Below, in pieces: positions 13,455 to 25,299 of a stretch of 64,000 nt of DNA (its first letter is position 1; every line of letters begins with the position of its first letter). Position numbers and translations under genes: made by a program. The notes under the pieces are model-generated. The model was given only the letters and a program-made list of their open reading frames with translations. It was not told the origin of the DNA and did not search any database. Source of the stretch: Podarcis muralis (lineage: Eukaryota); NCBI RefSeq assembly GCF_964188315.1, contig NC_135658.1, positions 11,036,001-11,100,000 on the forward strand, written 5' to 3'.

Positions 13455-13817
13455 AGGTAAAGGTAAAGGTACCCCTGCCCGTACGGGCCAGTCTTGACAG
13501 ACTCTGGGGTTGTGCGCCCATCTCACTCAAGAGGCCGGGGGCCAGCGCTGTCCGGAGACACTTCCGGGTCACGTGGCCAGCGTGACATCGCTGCTCTGGC
13601 GAGCCAGAGCCGCACACGGAAACGCCGTTTACCTTCCCGCTAGTAAGCGGTCCCTATTTATCTACTTGCACCCGGGGGTGCTTTCGAACTGCTAGGTTGG
13701 CAGGCGCTGGGACCGAACAACGGGAGCGCACCCCGCCGCGGGGATTCGAACCGCCGACCTTTCGATCGGCAAGCCCTAGGCACTGAGGCTTTTACCCACA
13801 GCGCCACCCACGTCCCC
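13455..13817 (-). mobile_element. Sauria SINE (young subfamily)
   Basis: GGGACGxGGGTGGCGCTGTGG head and (ACCTTT)n tail; near-identical copies at 20943-21305 (+) and 47345-47700 (-, 13-bp TSD). Confidence 0.9.
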
Positions 13818-14087
13818 AAGGAACCTGCCTTATGCCAAATCAGACCACCAGCCCCTCTAGCTCAATATCTGTCTACACTCTGGCAGCAGCTTTGTGGAGT
13901 TTCAGGCAAGGAAAATTCCCAGTCTTGCCCAGAGATGCTGCCGAGGACTGGATTTTGCAGGTGAGGCGTGGGACCTACCACTGAGCTATAATAATAACAA
14001 TGATAATAATAATAATAAATTTATTATTTATACCCCACCCATCTGGCTGGGTTTCCCCAGCCACTCTGGGCAGCTCCTAACAGAATA

Positions 14088-14310
14088 CAGTGGTACCTCA
14101 GGGGTTAAGTACTTAATTCGTTCTGGAGGTCTGTTCTCAACCTGAAACTGTTCTTAACCTGAAGCACCACTTTTAGCTGTGCTGTCAGAGCACGATTTCT
14201 GTTCTCATCCTGAAGCAAAGTTCTTAACCTGAAGCACTATTTCTGGGTTAGCGGAGTCTGTAACCTGAAGCATATGTAACCTGAAGCGTATGTAACCTGA
14301 GGTACCACTG
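14088..14310. mobile_element. Tc1/pogo-type MITE, family A (CAGTGGTACCTC...)
   Basis: TIRs with TA TSD; copies at 25010-25251, 32225-32449, 41974-42215, 43336-43565, 44070-44300, 47846-48076, 54205-54438, 59204-59445. Confidence 0.9.
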
Positions 14311-14383
14311 TATTAAAAACACGATGAAAGATCAAACATTAAAAACTTCCTGAAACAGAGCTGCCTTCAGATGTCTTCTAAAA

Positions 14384-15069
14384 CAGTGTTTCCCAACCTT
14401 TTTTGGGCAAAGGCACACTTGTTTGATGAAAAAAATCTTGAGGCACACCACCATTACAGCCCCGTGACGTCAGCGCGCAGCGTCACGCCGGGAGGGAAGG
14501 GCGCCGGGGCGCTGCTGCTGCTGCTGCCGCCGCCGCTCCCGGCAGGCATGGGCCCAGCTGAGGCGGCGGCGGCTGTTGTGGTGGTGGCGGCGATAGCGGG
14601 CGGAGGAGGGGGCGGCGGCGGGGCCAAGGTGGCCGGCGGCGGCGGGGGAGGCGGCGGCGGGTGGAGCAGGAGGGCGGCCGAAGCCGGTGAGGGAGTAGGG
14701 TTGCCCGGGGCTTGAGGAGCCGTCGCCGGGAGTTGCTGCTGCTGTTGTTGCTGCTGCTGCCCGGACATGCCGGCCTCCTCCTCGTCCGCTGTCTCGCGCT
14801 CCTCCCTTTTGCGCGCGCTGCCCCGCCGCCGCCCCATTGGCCGGGTCCTGTCAGCTGATCCTGTGTTATTTCCTGTGTGTGTGTGTGAGGGGAGAATGGA
14901 GAGAGAAACCTCGGCACCACCACCGCGGAGCCGCCCCCGGCTCGACGCGGATCCTCGCCGCCGCCGCCCCGCCTCTCGCCGCCCGACTCGCCCGCCTCCC
15001 TCCCACGGCACACCAGGGAACGTCTCGCGGCACACTAGTGTGCCGCGGAACACCGGTTGGGAAACACTG
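14384..15069. mobile_element. Non-autonomous hAT element carrying a captured RANBP9-like gene fragment (Pack-hAT)
   Basis: Perfect 15-bp TIRs CAGTGTTTCCCAACC; perfect 8-bp TSD TTCTAAAA (14376-14383 and 15070-15077); inserted into an L2 3' fragment. Confidence 0.9.
14493..14830 (-). pseudogene. RANBP9: Captured fragment resembling RANBP9 exon 1 (5'UTR plus about 90 N-terminal codons; ATG at 14768)
   Basis: MSGQQQQQQQQQL...AALLLHPPPPPPPPPATLAPPPPPPPP...APFP matches the order of motifs in human RanBP9 (MSGQ...QQQQL...AALLLHPPPPPPPATAAPPPPPP...APFPHG); low complexity limits certainty. Confidence 0.75.
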
Positions 15070-15301
15070 TTCTAAAAGTCAGGTTGTTGTTTATTTCCTT
15101 GACATCTGATGGGAGGGCATTCCACAGGGCGGGCGCCACCACCGAGAAGGCCCTCTTCCTGGTTCCCTGTAACCCCACTTCTCGCAGTGAGGGAACCGCC
15201 AGAAGGCCCTCAGAGCTGGACCTCAGTGTCTGTGCTGAACGATGGGGGTGGAGAGGCTCCTTCAGGTATACTGGGCCGAGGCCCTTCCCGCTGGCTTTCC
15301 G

Positions 15302-15976
15302 CTACCACCAAGTGAAGAGAAATTTGTAGAAGTAGTCATTGGATTTGAAGCGGAAACCCTTTTCCGGAACGTAGCCCTGGAGAGAGATCTTGTACCCTTT
15401 GGCCTCCACGTCAATCTTGATGCAGTCGAGTAGGTCAGAAATGCCCGGAGAGGCTTTCCAGGGTCCAAACTTGACCACCGATTTCTTGTAGGAGTCCAAG
15501 CCGTTGAGGGTGTCATGGCACTTGACGACATCCTCATCGGTCTTCATCACGCACACCATGACGCTGGACTGCCGGGCCGCCACCGCTTCTGCCCTCGCGA
15601 TGCGGATCATCAGCTCGATGTTCTCGTTGTAGCTGGGCACGCGGGCAAGGAACTGTTTCCTGGCCACCAGCTCCCCAAAGATCTGGGGAGAGTCCTCCAG
15701 CTGCTTGACCAAAGGCTCGATGTCGTAAAAGAGGGCTTCCTTGTACACCTCCTGGACGCAGTTCGTGGGCACCTGGTTGCTGCGCAGGTATTCCAAGATG
15801 TACTTGAAGTAAGTCCCGGGCCGGTCTATGAAATATCTTCCCTCGGGGTCTGTGCGGGGCTTGGTCTGCCCACTGGCAAACATCTCAGCCAGCTTGGAAC
15901 CCGGGTGCTTCTTCAAGGTGCTTAGGGTGGTGGTGAATATCTCCCCGCCAACATTGAGCTCTATGATTTGAGACTG
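15302..15976 (-). CDS. KCTD14: KCTD14 coding exon 2, BTB/POZ domain protein (QSQIIELNVGGEIFTTTLSTL...FLFTWW*)
   Basis: T1-type BTB motif; KSVVKFGPWKA and terminal FTWW match KCTD14; synteny; ttccag acceptor (tandem CAGCAG allows 15976 or 15973). Confidence 0.95.
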   Translation of the reverse strand, partial: QSQIIELNVGGEIFTTTLSTLKKHPGSKLAEMFASGQTKPRTDPEGRYFIDRPGTYFKYILEYLRSNQVPTNCVQEVYKEALFYDIEPLVKQLEDSPQIFGELVARKQFLARVPSYNENIELMIRIARAEAVAARQSSVMVCVMKTDEDVVKCHDTLNGLDSYKKSVVKFGPWKASPGISDLLDCIKIDVEAKGYKISLQGYVPEKGFRFKSNDYFYKFLFTWW

Positions 15977-18183
15977 CTGGAAACAAAGAAAAGGAAAGCA
16001 AGGTGATATCCAGGGAAGGAAGGATGGATCTGTCCACTCTGATTTCTCACTGTTTATCATTTTTCCGATCTTTAAGTTCATTAACACAGGCTTTTGGCCC
16101 TTATTTTGGAGGGTAACCAAGTATGTCTGGGGTCTCTTGCACACCTGCTTTTGCAAACCCTCCAACATTTCTCCGATGAAAATAGGGATGCCCTATTCCA
16201 TAATAATAATAATTTTATTATTTCCCTTTCTTTCCCCAGGGCTACAACAGTTTAACAAGAAGGTACAGAAACTCGGGCTGTCAGTGGAAATTTTGCGATC
16301 GATGTCCCTACCATCTGCAAAGGCTATAATAAAAACTAGGTTGTGGGATATTGAACACTAAGAACTAACAGTAGCAGCAGAGAAAACATGTTCCCCTCTT
16401 TATTTTCAACTTTCTTGGGCCCATGAAACTAACCATAATTACCTTGAATTTCTGCTTAACCCTCAAGAAAGGAGGGCATTTTCACTGGCCAGATTTAATT
16501 CAAATCCATCCAGTCTCCTTTGGGGAAGGTTCTCAGGCAGGGAGGAAGGAGAAGAAAGAACTTGCCCATGCGAAGACCACCTGGTGGAAACCCTTACACA
16601 TATAGTTCTCAGTTGTAAACTATATGCTGATCTCCGCCAGCAATTTCTAGATCAACTCTGTATCCCCAAATGGAAACCAGAGTCAGAGGTCATACAATTT
16701 CTATTACTGGGGAATGATCAGGAGCTCACCAAGTTAGTGGTTAAATATCTCTATTTGGTTTTTTGTCGTTGAAATACACTGCAGACGTCTGCTCTCCCTG
16801 GAGACCAAGAGATGTGACGATAGACTGCTCTGCCTCCTTTCTTTTAGGAAATGTTTTGTGCCACTGGGGAAGTGGTACTTTAATTCTGTATTGATTTGTT
16901 TTATTTTGGATGTTGTTTGTGATGCCAATAAAAGGTTTTACGAATACGAATGTATACTCCACTGGCATTGCCCCAGCTACTCTGCACGGCTTCCAACATA
17001 TATAAAAACATAAGAAAACATTAAGCATTAAAAAAACCTGCCTTTAGGTGCCTTCTAAAGGTTGTATAGTTACTTATCTCCTTGGTTCGGGGGTTGCATG
17101 GCTCTATAGCCTCCAACATTTATCCGATGAAAATAGGGTTGTCATAAGGAAATGTGGGACATTCTGGGATCAAACCAGAAAACAGGACAGCTTCTGTAAA
17201 TCCAGGACTGTCCCTGGAATACAGGGACACTTGGCGGGTCTGCTTTTGGTGAGGTGGACCTGTCTTTTTCTAAATATTTATGGATGAGCATTTTGCATTC
17301 TTGGGTTGTTGTTTTTTAAAAAATATCTTATTAATAAACCAAATAAATCAAGGAGCATGACGTAATACTGTTATCGCAGGTTGAAAGCATTAACGTTGAA
17401 ACGTTCCAAAGCATTTTAAAGAAATACTCTACTCATTTCCCCATAAGCCTGTTAGGCTGGTTAATATGTATATTTTTGTAATAAGGTTAGCTTAATCATA
17501 GTTACTATGAACCCAAGGTTCTTTCTTTATTCATGTTCTTATACTTGCTTTTTATGGTTTGTTTGTTTTTTGCTATTTCTGTTCTTACATTGCTACTCGC
17601 TTTGAGACACTTTCATGTGAAAAGCAATGAATAAATACAATATAATAATAATTATAATAATGGCAGAAGGAGGACTCATGCAGACTTCCATTTGTGCCAC
17701 AATTTTTGTCCCAACGCTTTCCCTGGGAAAATGCTCTGCCGAATGGAAACAAACGTAAATCCACGGAACCCCCCCATTGATATTTGTTTCAATTCAGTGG
17801 TAAACAGAGGGTTTTCCCAGGGAAAGCGGTAGGACAAAAAAACGCCCACCCTCTCAGACCTGAGCTTGGAAGTCCCAAACCTGAGGCTGGAAATCACAGC
17901 ATAAACAGAAATCTTTTTATAAATGAAATAAACAAACAAAAGAGAACCAGATGAGCCCTGAGACACATCACTGTTGCACTGAGGGCTCACCTCTGCTATG
18001 CATTTCTAGATGCAGGAAAACCCACTTTTTATCACTGAACAGATTGCTTTTTGCTCAGATTCAGTGGGAAACTGTGGGTTTCCCCAGGGAAAGCACCAGA
18101 ACAAATGGGGAGGAAACACTCCGAGAAAGCCCTGGAAAGCCCATACCTGTGGAGCAAAGGTTGGTGTGGATGCTGGTCCCTGA

Positions 18184-18933
18184 CAGGGCCGGATTTAGGT
18201 TTGACGAGGCCTTAAGCTACTGAAGGTAATGGGGCCCTTTATATGTCCAGCTGCCCTTTGTCAACAACAAATTTCTGCTACTTTTTTTTGTGTTGAATAT
18301 ATGCTATGTGGTAATTTATGGACCTAATAGGTATCTCAAGCCATTTGCACATGTTGCCGTGCAACCAGTCCATGCAGAATGTAGGCACCCTATATATAGA
18401 AATGAGCGAAACAGTGATATTTTAGGGAGCAGGCTAGCAGGCGGGGCACGTGACTTACATTAGGGACATCCAACTCGCAAAAGTCTGCGATCTACTCACA
18501 GTATAGAAAAACCGGCAGTTGTCGTAAAAACTTACCCATTGTCGTAAAAAGACTGGCAGTGATTTACCCAAGGCTGTGGAGCATTTTTCAGGAAGGCAAA
18601 GTTGTGGAGCTTGAGCTTTTTTTTTAGGAAGCCAGAGTTGGTTTTTTTGTAAGGAGATTGCTCAGGGGCCAGAGATCAACCAGGATCTACCAGGAAAACC
18701 CTGTGATCTACCAGTAGATTGTGATATACCCGTTGGACATGCCTGACTTACATCAAAGGAGCCTACACAACACAAAACACTGTTGCTATATGTAGGTTTT
18801 ATTTTATTTGCTTTTTTATCTTATATTTTGGAAATGTACATCCAGTTTTTTTCCCTTTAATTTTTTGGGGGGCCCCCAAGAGAGTGGGGCCCTAAGCTAT
18901 AGCTTGCTTAGCTTATACGTAAATCTGGCACTG
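18184..18933 (+). mobile_element. hAT MITE (CAGGGCCGGATTT family) with a nested second MITE
   Basis: TIRs plus 8-bp TSD GTCCCTGA; other copies at 31645-32080, 53759-54190, 61549-61994, 62656-62812. Confidence 0.85.
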
Positions 18934-19124
18934 GTCCCTGAGACCAGTATTGTTAACTTTGATTAACTTTCTCCAGGGAAAACAAGAAGTCACCAACTTA
19001 CCTGGGCCTTTCTGTTACCTGGAGATGCTGGGAATTGAACCCACGACCTTCTGCAAAGCTCGGAGCTGCACAGCCCCTCCCCAGCTAGCTGTTCCAGGAA
19101 GTCCTGGCCCCGTGATTCACTCAC

Positions 19125-19184
19125 CGTTTGCAGGTTGCTCCCAATTTGTTTCCGGAGGGAAATCGGTTCTGATGAAATGCTCAT
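19125..19184 (-). CDS. KCTD14: KCTD14 probable coding exon 1 (MSISSEPISLRKQIGSNLQT)
   Basis: ATG followed by 20 codons and a perfect GTGAGT donor; phase 0 matches exon 2; position fits the two-exon KCTD14 layout. Confidence 0.75.
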
Positions 19185-20589
19185 CTTTCCCCTTCAACTC
19201 ACACCTGCAAGCTTCAGATCTGCAGGAAGGGCAGCCAGCCCCAAAAGACCCCAATGTGGTGGAGGGGTGCTGATTTTTCTCTCGTTCTCTCCCACTGCAG
19301 GTTTCCCCCCTCACAGCTGACTCCGGCACATCCGCCTGCCTGCCACTTGGCGGCCACAGCTCCCTGGAGAACTTCCCAGGTGAGTTACAGGTGCAAAGCA
19401 GGTAACCCGCAGGTGGAAATATTTTTCCAGGCCGGCCTGTCTTCTGGCAGCCAACTTTTGCTGAGCAGCCCAGAGAGAGAAGCACTGCCTATATATATTC
19501 CTCCCTGTGACACCTGCGTAAGAAGCCCTGGCTAACACCCAGCCGGGCAAACCAGACCCTCCCACTTTCTTCAGGTCTCACGTCCAGGTTAGTGTAGCCC
19601 GAAACACTCCCTTCTTGTGAACTGGTTACACCCTGCTCCCACAGCTTATCCTGAGCGACTGCTCTGTCCTCCTCTTTTAAAGGCACAGGAAGCTCATTCA
19701 GAGCTTAGCCGCTTTTTTGGGAGACCAGTCAATTGCCTGTTCTAGGCAGGGCTGCCCTCTCTCTGAACAGGTTTGCAGCTCGGTTTGCAACTCCTAAACC
19801 AATCATCTAGTCCAAACCTCTGCAAAAAAAATTTAAATTTATTGGTTTTTACATATTACTTTACAATACAGATGTACCAAAGCCGACACCATTTCCTCCC
19901 CATCCCCCCATACATTTACATTTCTATTTCCTCAATCCATCATATTATTCTTTTCTCCTTCCTCCCACTTCCCTCCGCCCCCACGCGATTTCCTCCACAT
20001 TATACAATTTACAATAATCTTTGCATTCTACAACCTTCTCAAATCATCTATATATTCTTATTATCTTTCCTTACTAATTTTCCTTCCATCCAGTACTTCA
20101 CATTTTAATCTAGGCATATTAGCATATCTTTTTTTGAGCAATATTTTGCCATATACTCATCAAAACACAGTGGTACCTCGCAAGACGAATGCCTCGCAAG
20201 ACAAAAAACTCGCTAGACGAAAGGGTTTTTTGTTTTTTGAGCTGCTTCGCAAGACGATTTTCCCTATGGGCTTGCTTCGCAAGACGGAAACATCTTGCAA
20301 GTTTGTTTCCTTTTTCTTAACACCGTTAATACAGTTGCGACTTGACTTCGAGGAGCAACTCATAGAACGCGGTGTGGTAGCCTTTTTTGAGGTTTTTAAA
20401 GACTTTGGTGATTTTTGAAGCTTTTCCAAAACTTTCCCGACACCGTGCTTCGCAAGACGAAAAAAATCGCAAGACGACAAAACTCGCGGAACGAATTAAT
20501 TTCGTCTTGCAAGGCACCACTGCATTTCCACCTTTTTAAATTTCCCCCCTGACTGATTTCTTATTATAGCAGTTAATTTTGCCAAAATT

Positions 20590-20935
20590 AAATATTCATT
20601 TAGTTTACAAATTCATTCCTCCTTTGTGGATGTAGTTTGTGACTTCCACCTAGCAGCAATCACTATTGTAGCAGCTGTACTTGCATATAGAAAAATTCTT
20701 CCCCCCCCCCCCAGTGGTATCTCATCATCTATCAATCCAAGGAGATATGACTCTGGTTTCTTTGTTATTGATATTTTCAACATCTTTAGTTCTTCGTGTA
20801 CTACTATCCAAAATTTCTTAATTTCCTCACACCTCCACCACATATGTATTGTTGTTCCTATTTCTCCACCACATCTCCAACAGAGGTTGGATTTCAATTT
20901 GTATATCTTTGCCAACTTAACTGGCGTTAAGTACC
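20590..20935 (-). mobile_element. L1/Tx1-like LINE ORF2 C-terminal fragment
   Basis: CWRCGGEIGTTIHMWWRCEEIKKFW zinc knuckle; related fragments at about 38.5-38.9k, 41.5-41.9k, 43.6-44.0k. Confidence 0.75.
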
Positions 20936-21554
20936 ACCTATTAGGGACACGGGTGGCGCTGTGGGTAAAAGCCTCAGTGCCTAGGGCTTGCCGATCGAAA
21001 GGTCGGTGGTTCGAATCCCCGCGGTGGGGTGTGCTCCCGTTGCTCGGTCCCAGCGCCTGCCAACCTAGCAGTTCGAAAGCACCCCCGGGTGCAAGTAGAT
21101 AAATAGGAACCGCTTACTGGCGGGAAGGTAAACGGCGTTTCCGTGTGCTGCGCTGGCTCGCCAGATGCAGCTTTGTCACACTGGCCATGTGACCCGGAAG
21201 TGTCTCCGGACAGCGCTGGCCCCCTGCCTCTTGAGTGAGATGGGCGCACAACCCTAGAGTCTGTCAAGACTGGCCCGTACGGGCAGGGGTACCTTTACCT
21301 TTACCTTACCACCTATAGAACATCTTTACAAAATTTTCTTTAATTGTATATGAACCCTCTGCAATTTCAGGAATCTCAGCTAAAGTATCCAGCTTTGGTT
21401 AATATGCTGGGAAAGTGCGCCTAGCTGTCAACTTTGCCCTTTTCTTGCGAGGAATCCTATTTGGAATAAGGGAATTTCCCTTTAAAAAAGGGAAATGTTG
21501 ACAGCTGTGAAAGTGAGGCACTGGAAAAGCCAGGAATGAATGAATCATTAATGG

Positions 21555-22209
21555 TGTTATAAGAATTTTAAGGTCTCAATTGTAGAATAAATATTCATAT
21601 ATGCACACATATCTAAATATATGAACCATGTGTCTGAAATAGTACGGGAGAGCAATCCTGAAGCCATTTTGACTCTCCCAATGAGCTCAAATATTCCTCT
21701 GCAGTAAGGGAGGCAAATGGGATTGTCTTTTTGCTTGCAAATCTTGTCTTAAGGGTGTATTTGTGTATGAATAGGGTGAGCCTGTGACCTGGATTCAGGA
21801 ACTAAAGTATTAACCATCACCAAAGAATGGGCAGGCTGCCCAGGTAATGCAATCAGGGGCCATTGTCAGGTATCCTGGCAGACAGGATTTCTGCTGTAGA
21901 CCACCTCCTTCTGTGATGTATGTATGATGTTTTGGGGAGTGGTCTTGGGCTACAGGGTGGGCAATTTCAAGCGTCTATATAAGGGCTTGTGCACCATTGT
22001 TCAGGGTTCTCCTCCCTCCTGCGTGTGGTGAGTGGGGACCCTGCTGCAACAGTTCCTTGAATAAAGATCAGGCTTACTAGCCGCTTTGCTTCTCAATATA
22101 CTCTGGTTGGCCTCTGTTGTTTTCTCCTACCAATAGGGAACCCACTTAAGGACTCTATATGGGCTCCGGAATACCCCATAAGGGAAAGGGAGCAGTTTTT
22201 CTTATAACA
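21555..22209 (+). mobile_element. Solo LTR (655 bp); second inverted, truncated copy at about 51461-52075
   Basis: 9-bp terminal inverted repeat TGTTATAAG...CTTATAACA; 4-bp TSD ATGG; internal AATAAA. Confidence 0.75.
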
Positions 22210-24109
22210 ATGGGAAGATGTATAAACATCCCACAAGCAAATCAAGATGAACGCCTGATAGATTCTCACTGTTGTAGACCCTCCTTTATTGAACAACAAA
22301 CATTCAATAAAGACTGGACACAGGCCGCATCATAACAGTGTATTCAAAGCAGTATTGCACCACTTTAAACAAAAAATTATCCCAAGAATCCTGGGAACCG
22401 TAGGTTGTTAAGGGCGCTGAGAGTTGCTATTCCCCTCACAGAGCTACAGTTCCCAGAGTTCTGTGGGGAAAGGGATTGGTCTTTGGACCACTCTGAGATC
22501 TGTAGTTCTATGAGATATCCCTAATAGGGTCTCAGCACCCTCAACAGACTACAGCTCCCATGATTCCTTGTGCAAAGGCACGACTGTTTAAATTGGAGCA
22601 ATACTGCTTCAAATGTATACAGGTACCAACCATTTTGCGTGCGTTCGATGGGGCCATCATCTGACCACTGCGTCAGCTTTGTGTAAGACTCACCCAGCAA
22701 GCGTCATGGTTAAGTGGGGATTTGAACCCAGGTCTCTGTGGTCCCAGTCCAATACTCTTAACGGCTTACACCACACGGCTTTCATGTACAGCCATACCTC
22801 AGGTTACAGACATTTCAGGTTACATTTTTTCGGGTTATGGACTGCCAAAACCCGGAAGTACGGGTTACTTCCAGGTTTCGGCGGTTGCACATGCGCAGAA
22901 GCACTAAATCGTGCTTTGCGCATGCGCAGAAGGCCAAATTGCAACCCACTCATGTGCAGACGCGCCACTGCAGGTTGTGAATGTGCATCCCGCATGGATC
23001 ACGTCCGCAACACAAGCGTCCACTGTATATAAAAGTCCTATTGCTGTTTTCAGTTTGTGAATGCAAACATGGGCTTGGCTCCGATGATGACTGTGGAACA
23101 TTCCTTTCCCTTGACTCTGGAACGGGGCATGGCGTGGCCGTGATTTTTCCTTGTCCTACGGCAGCCCATCCCAGGGTTCCCGGGCAAACCCAAGGACCGG
23201 CCCCACAATGCTGGCAGCCTTGGCGCACACCTCATTCCTCCCCTACATCAAACAGAGGTTTCTTCCCAACTCTGCAAACTTGGCAGCCCTCCTGCCGCAC
23301 CCTTAAGGCGGCCTACGTTTCTCTCCATTTACGTTTCCCACGCATAACTTGGCCTCTCCTCCAGCTGTTGCTCTTTATCTATAAAATTATGGAATTCACC
23401 CGCATAAGACGAAGTGTGATGCAAAGCAACTCAGAAGGCTTTAAAAAGATTAGACAAATTAGAAGGCTAGCAACAGCTAAGGTAAGGTAAAGGTAAAGGA
23501 CCCCTGGATGGTTACGTCCAGTCAAAGGCGACTATGGGGTTGTGGCGCTCATCTCGCTTTCAGGCCGAGGGAGCTGGCGTTTGTCCACAGGCAGCTTTCT
23601 GGGTCATGTGGCCAGCAGGACTAAACCACTTCTGGCGCAATGGGACACCGCGATGGAAACCAGAGCGCATGGAAATGCTGTTTACCTTCCCGCTGCAGTG
23701 GTACCTATTTATCTACTTGTGCTGGTGTGCTTTCAAACTGCTAGGAGCTGGGACAGAGCAATGGGAGCTCACACAGTCGTGGGGATTCGAACCGCCGACC
23801 TTCCGATCAGCAAGCCCACGAGGCTCAGTGGTTTAGACCACAGCGCCACCCACGTCCCAGCAACAGCTGTTAGCTACAATGACTAGGTTTGTTTGTTTGT
23901 TGCACCAACCTTTCCTCCAAGGAGCTCAAGGTAGTGGACACAGTTCTTCCCCTCCTCAATTAATCCCCACAACGACCTTGCAGAGTAGGTTATGCTGAGT
24001 GGCAGGGAGCATCGCCAAGTGAGCTTTGTGGCGCAGGGTGGGGATTGAACCCTGGTCTCCCAGGTCCTTTCCTGACACTCTAACCACTATGGCGCACTGG
24101 CTTGGCCTC

Positions 24110-24635
24110 CACTGATGGAGGTCGTTGTTGTGGTTGGCATCCGTCTGCCTCGAAAGACAACGGAGTGTTCCTCCAGGGGTGAAGTCACACCGCTCTGTTA
24201 GCATTAGGAAAACACCTCTCTAGGGCGCAAGCCTGGGCAGTGTGTCTGGAGCTCCTGGGCTGCCCAGACGGCAAGACCTCTTGGCCTCACAGATGTGGTC
24301 CAAAAAAAAGCAGAGCAAGGCGTTTGGCACCAGCTTGGCTGCAGGAGTTGCCAGAAGGAGGCATACAAAGCACCATCCAACTGCCTTAGGGACACCACTT
24401 CAGATTTGTGTAGGGTTTCCTCCTTAGCCTTTTCTTCTCCTGAAGATATCTATCCCACAAGGCAGTGGAGGTTTAGGATCAGAGTTTTCCTTCTCCTAGG
24501 TGGGCTCCCTTCGCAGGTGGATGAGCCCCATCTGCCCCTCACTCCCCTCTACAGATGTGCAGAAACCACCTTTTTGACCACAGAGCCCACTATTGGTTTC
24601 GTCTGCTCAATCCAACAGAGCCTGTCTTTGTACAG
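24110..24635 (-). mobile_element. Short non-autonomous RTE-type derivative (5'UTR-like part joined to a 3' end)
   Basis: CTAGGAGAAGGAAAACTCTGA 5' motif and TTGTCTTTCGAGGCAGACGGATGCCAAC 3' motif about 400 bp apart, no RT ORF. Confidence 0.5.
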
Positions 24636-25250
24636 GTCAGTTTTGGTGCTGACCTTGAAAGCCCTAAACGGCCTCGGTCCAGTATACCTGAAGGAGCGTC
24701 TCCACCCCCAGCGTCTCCACCCCAGCGCCGAGGGCCTTCTGGCGGTTCCCTCCCAGCGAGAAGTGAGGTTACAGGGAACCAGATGGAGGGCCTTCTCGGT
24801 AGTGGTGCCCACCCTGTGAAACGCCCTCCCTTCAGATGTGAAGGAAATAAGCAGCTATCTTTAAAAGACATCTGAAGGCAGCCCTGTTAAGGGGAGTTTT
24901 TAATATTTAATGCTGTATTGTTTTTAACATTCGATTGGGAGCTGCCCAGAGTGGCTGGGGAAACTCAGCCAGCTGGGTGGGTATAAATAATAAATTATTA
25001 TTATTATTACAGTGGTACCTCGGGTTAAGTACTTAATTCATTCCGGAGTTCTGTTCTTAACCTGAAACTGTTCTTAACCTGAAGCACCACTTTAGCTAAT
25101 GGGGCCTCCTCCTGCTGCCGCGCCGCCGGAGCACGATTTCTGTTCTCATCCTGAAGCAAAGTTCTTAACCTGAAGCACTATTTCTGGGTTAGCGGAGTCT
25201 GTAACCTGAAGCGTATGTAACCTGAAGTGTATGTAACCCAAGGTACCACT

Positions 25251-25299
<49 letters not shown>

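Larger units (their letters stand above)
13990..15285 (-). mobile_element. L2-clade LINE 3' fragment interrupted by the Pack-hAT and a Tc1/pogo MITE
   Basis: Encodes GLGPVYLKE...RAFSVVAPALWNALP-type L2 C-terminus; (TAA)n tail; other copies at about 24.6-25.0k, 26.3-26.9k, 36.5-37.5k, 40.3-40.7k, 60.0-60.4k. Confidence 0.8.

Noticed and set aside
14454-15053. 199-aa ORF as a genuine host gene or the real RANBP9 locus
   Set aside because: Starts inside a TIR, ends in transposon sequence, lacks SPRY exons and is bounded by a TSD, so it is treated as captured cargo.
15515-15925. 136-aa plus-strand ORF antisense to KCTD14
   Set aside because: Shadow ORF typical of a GC3-rich coding strand.
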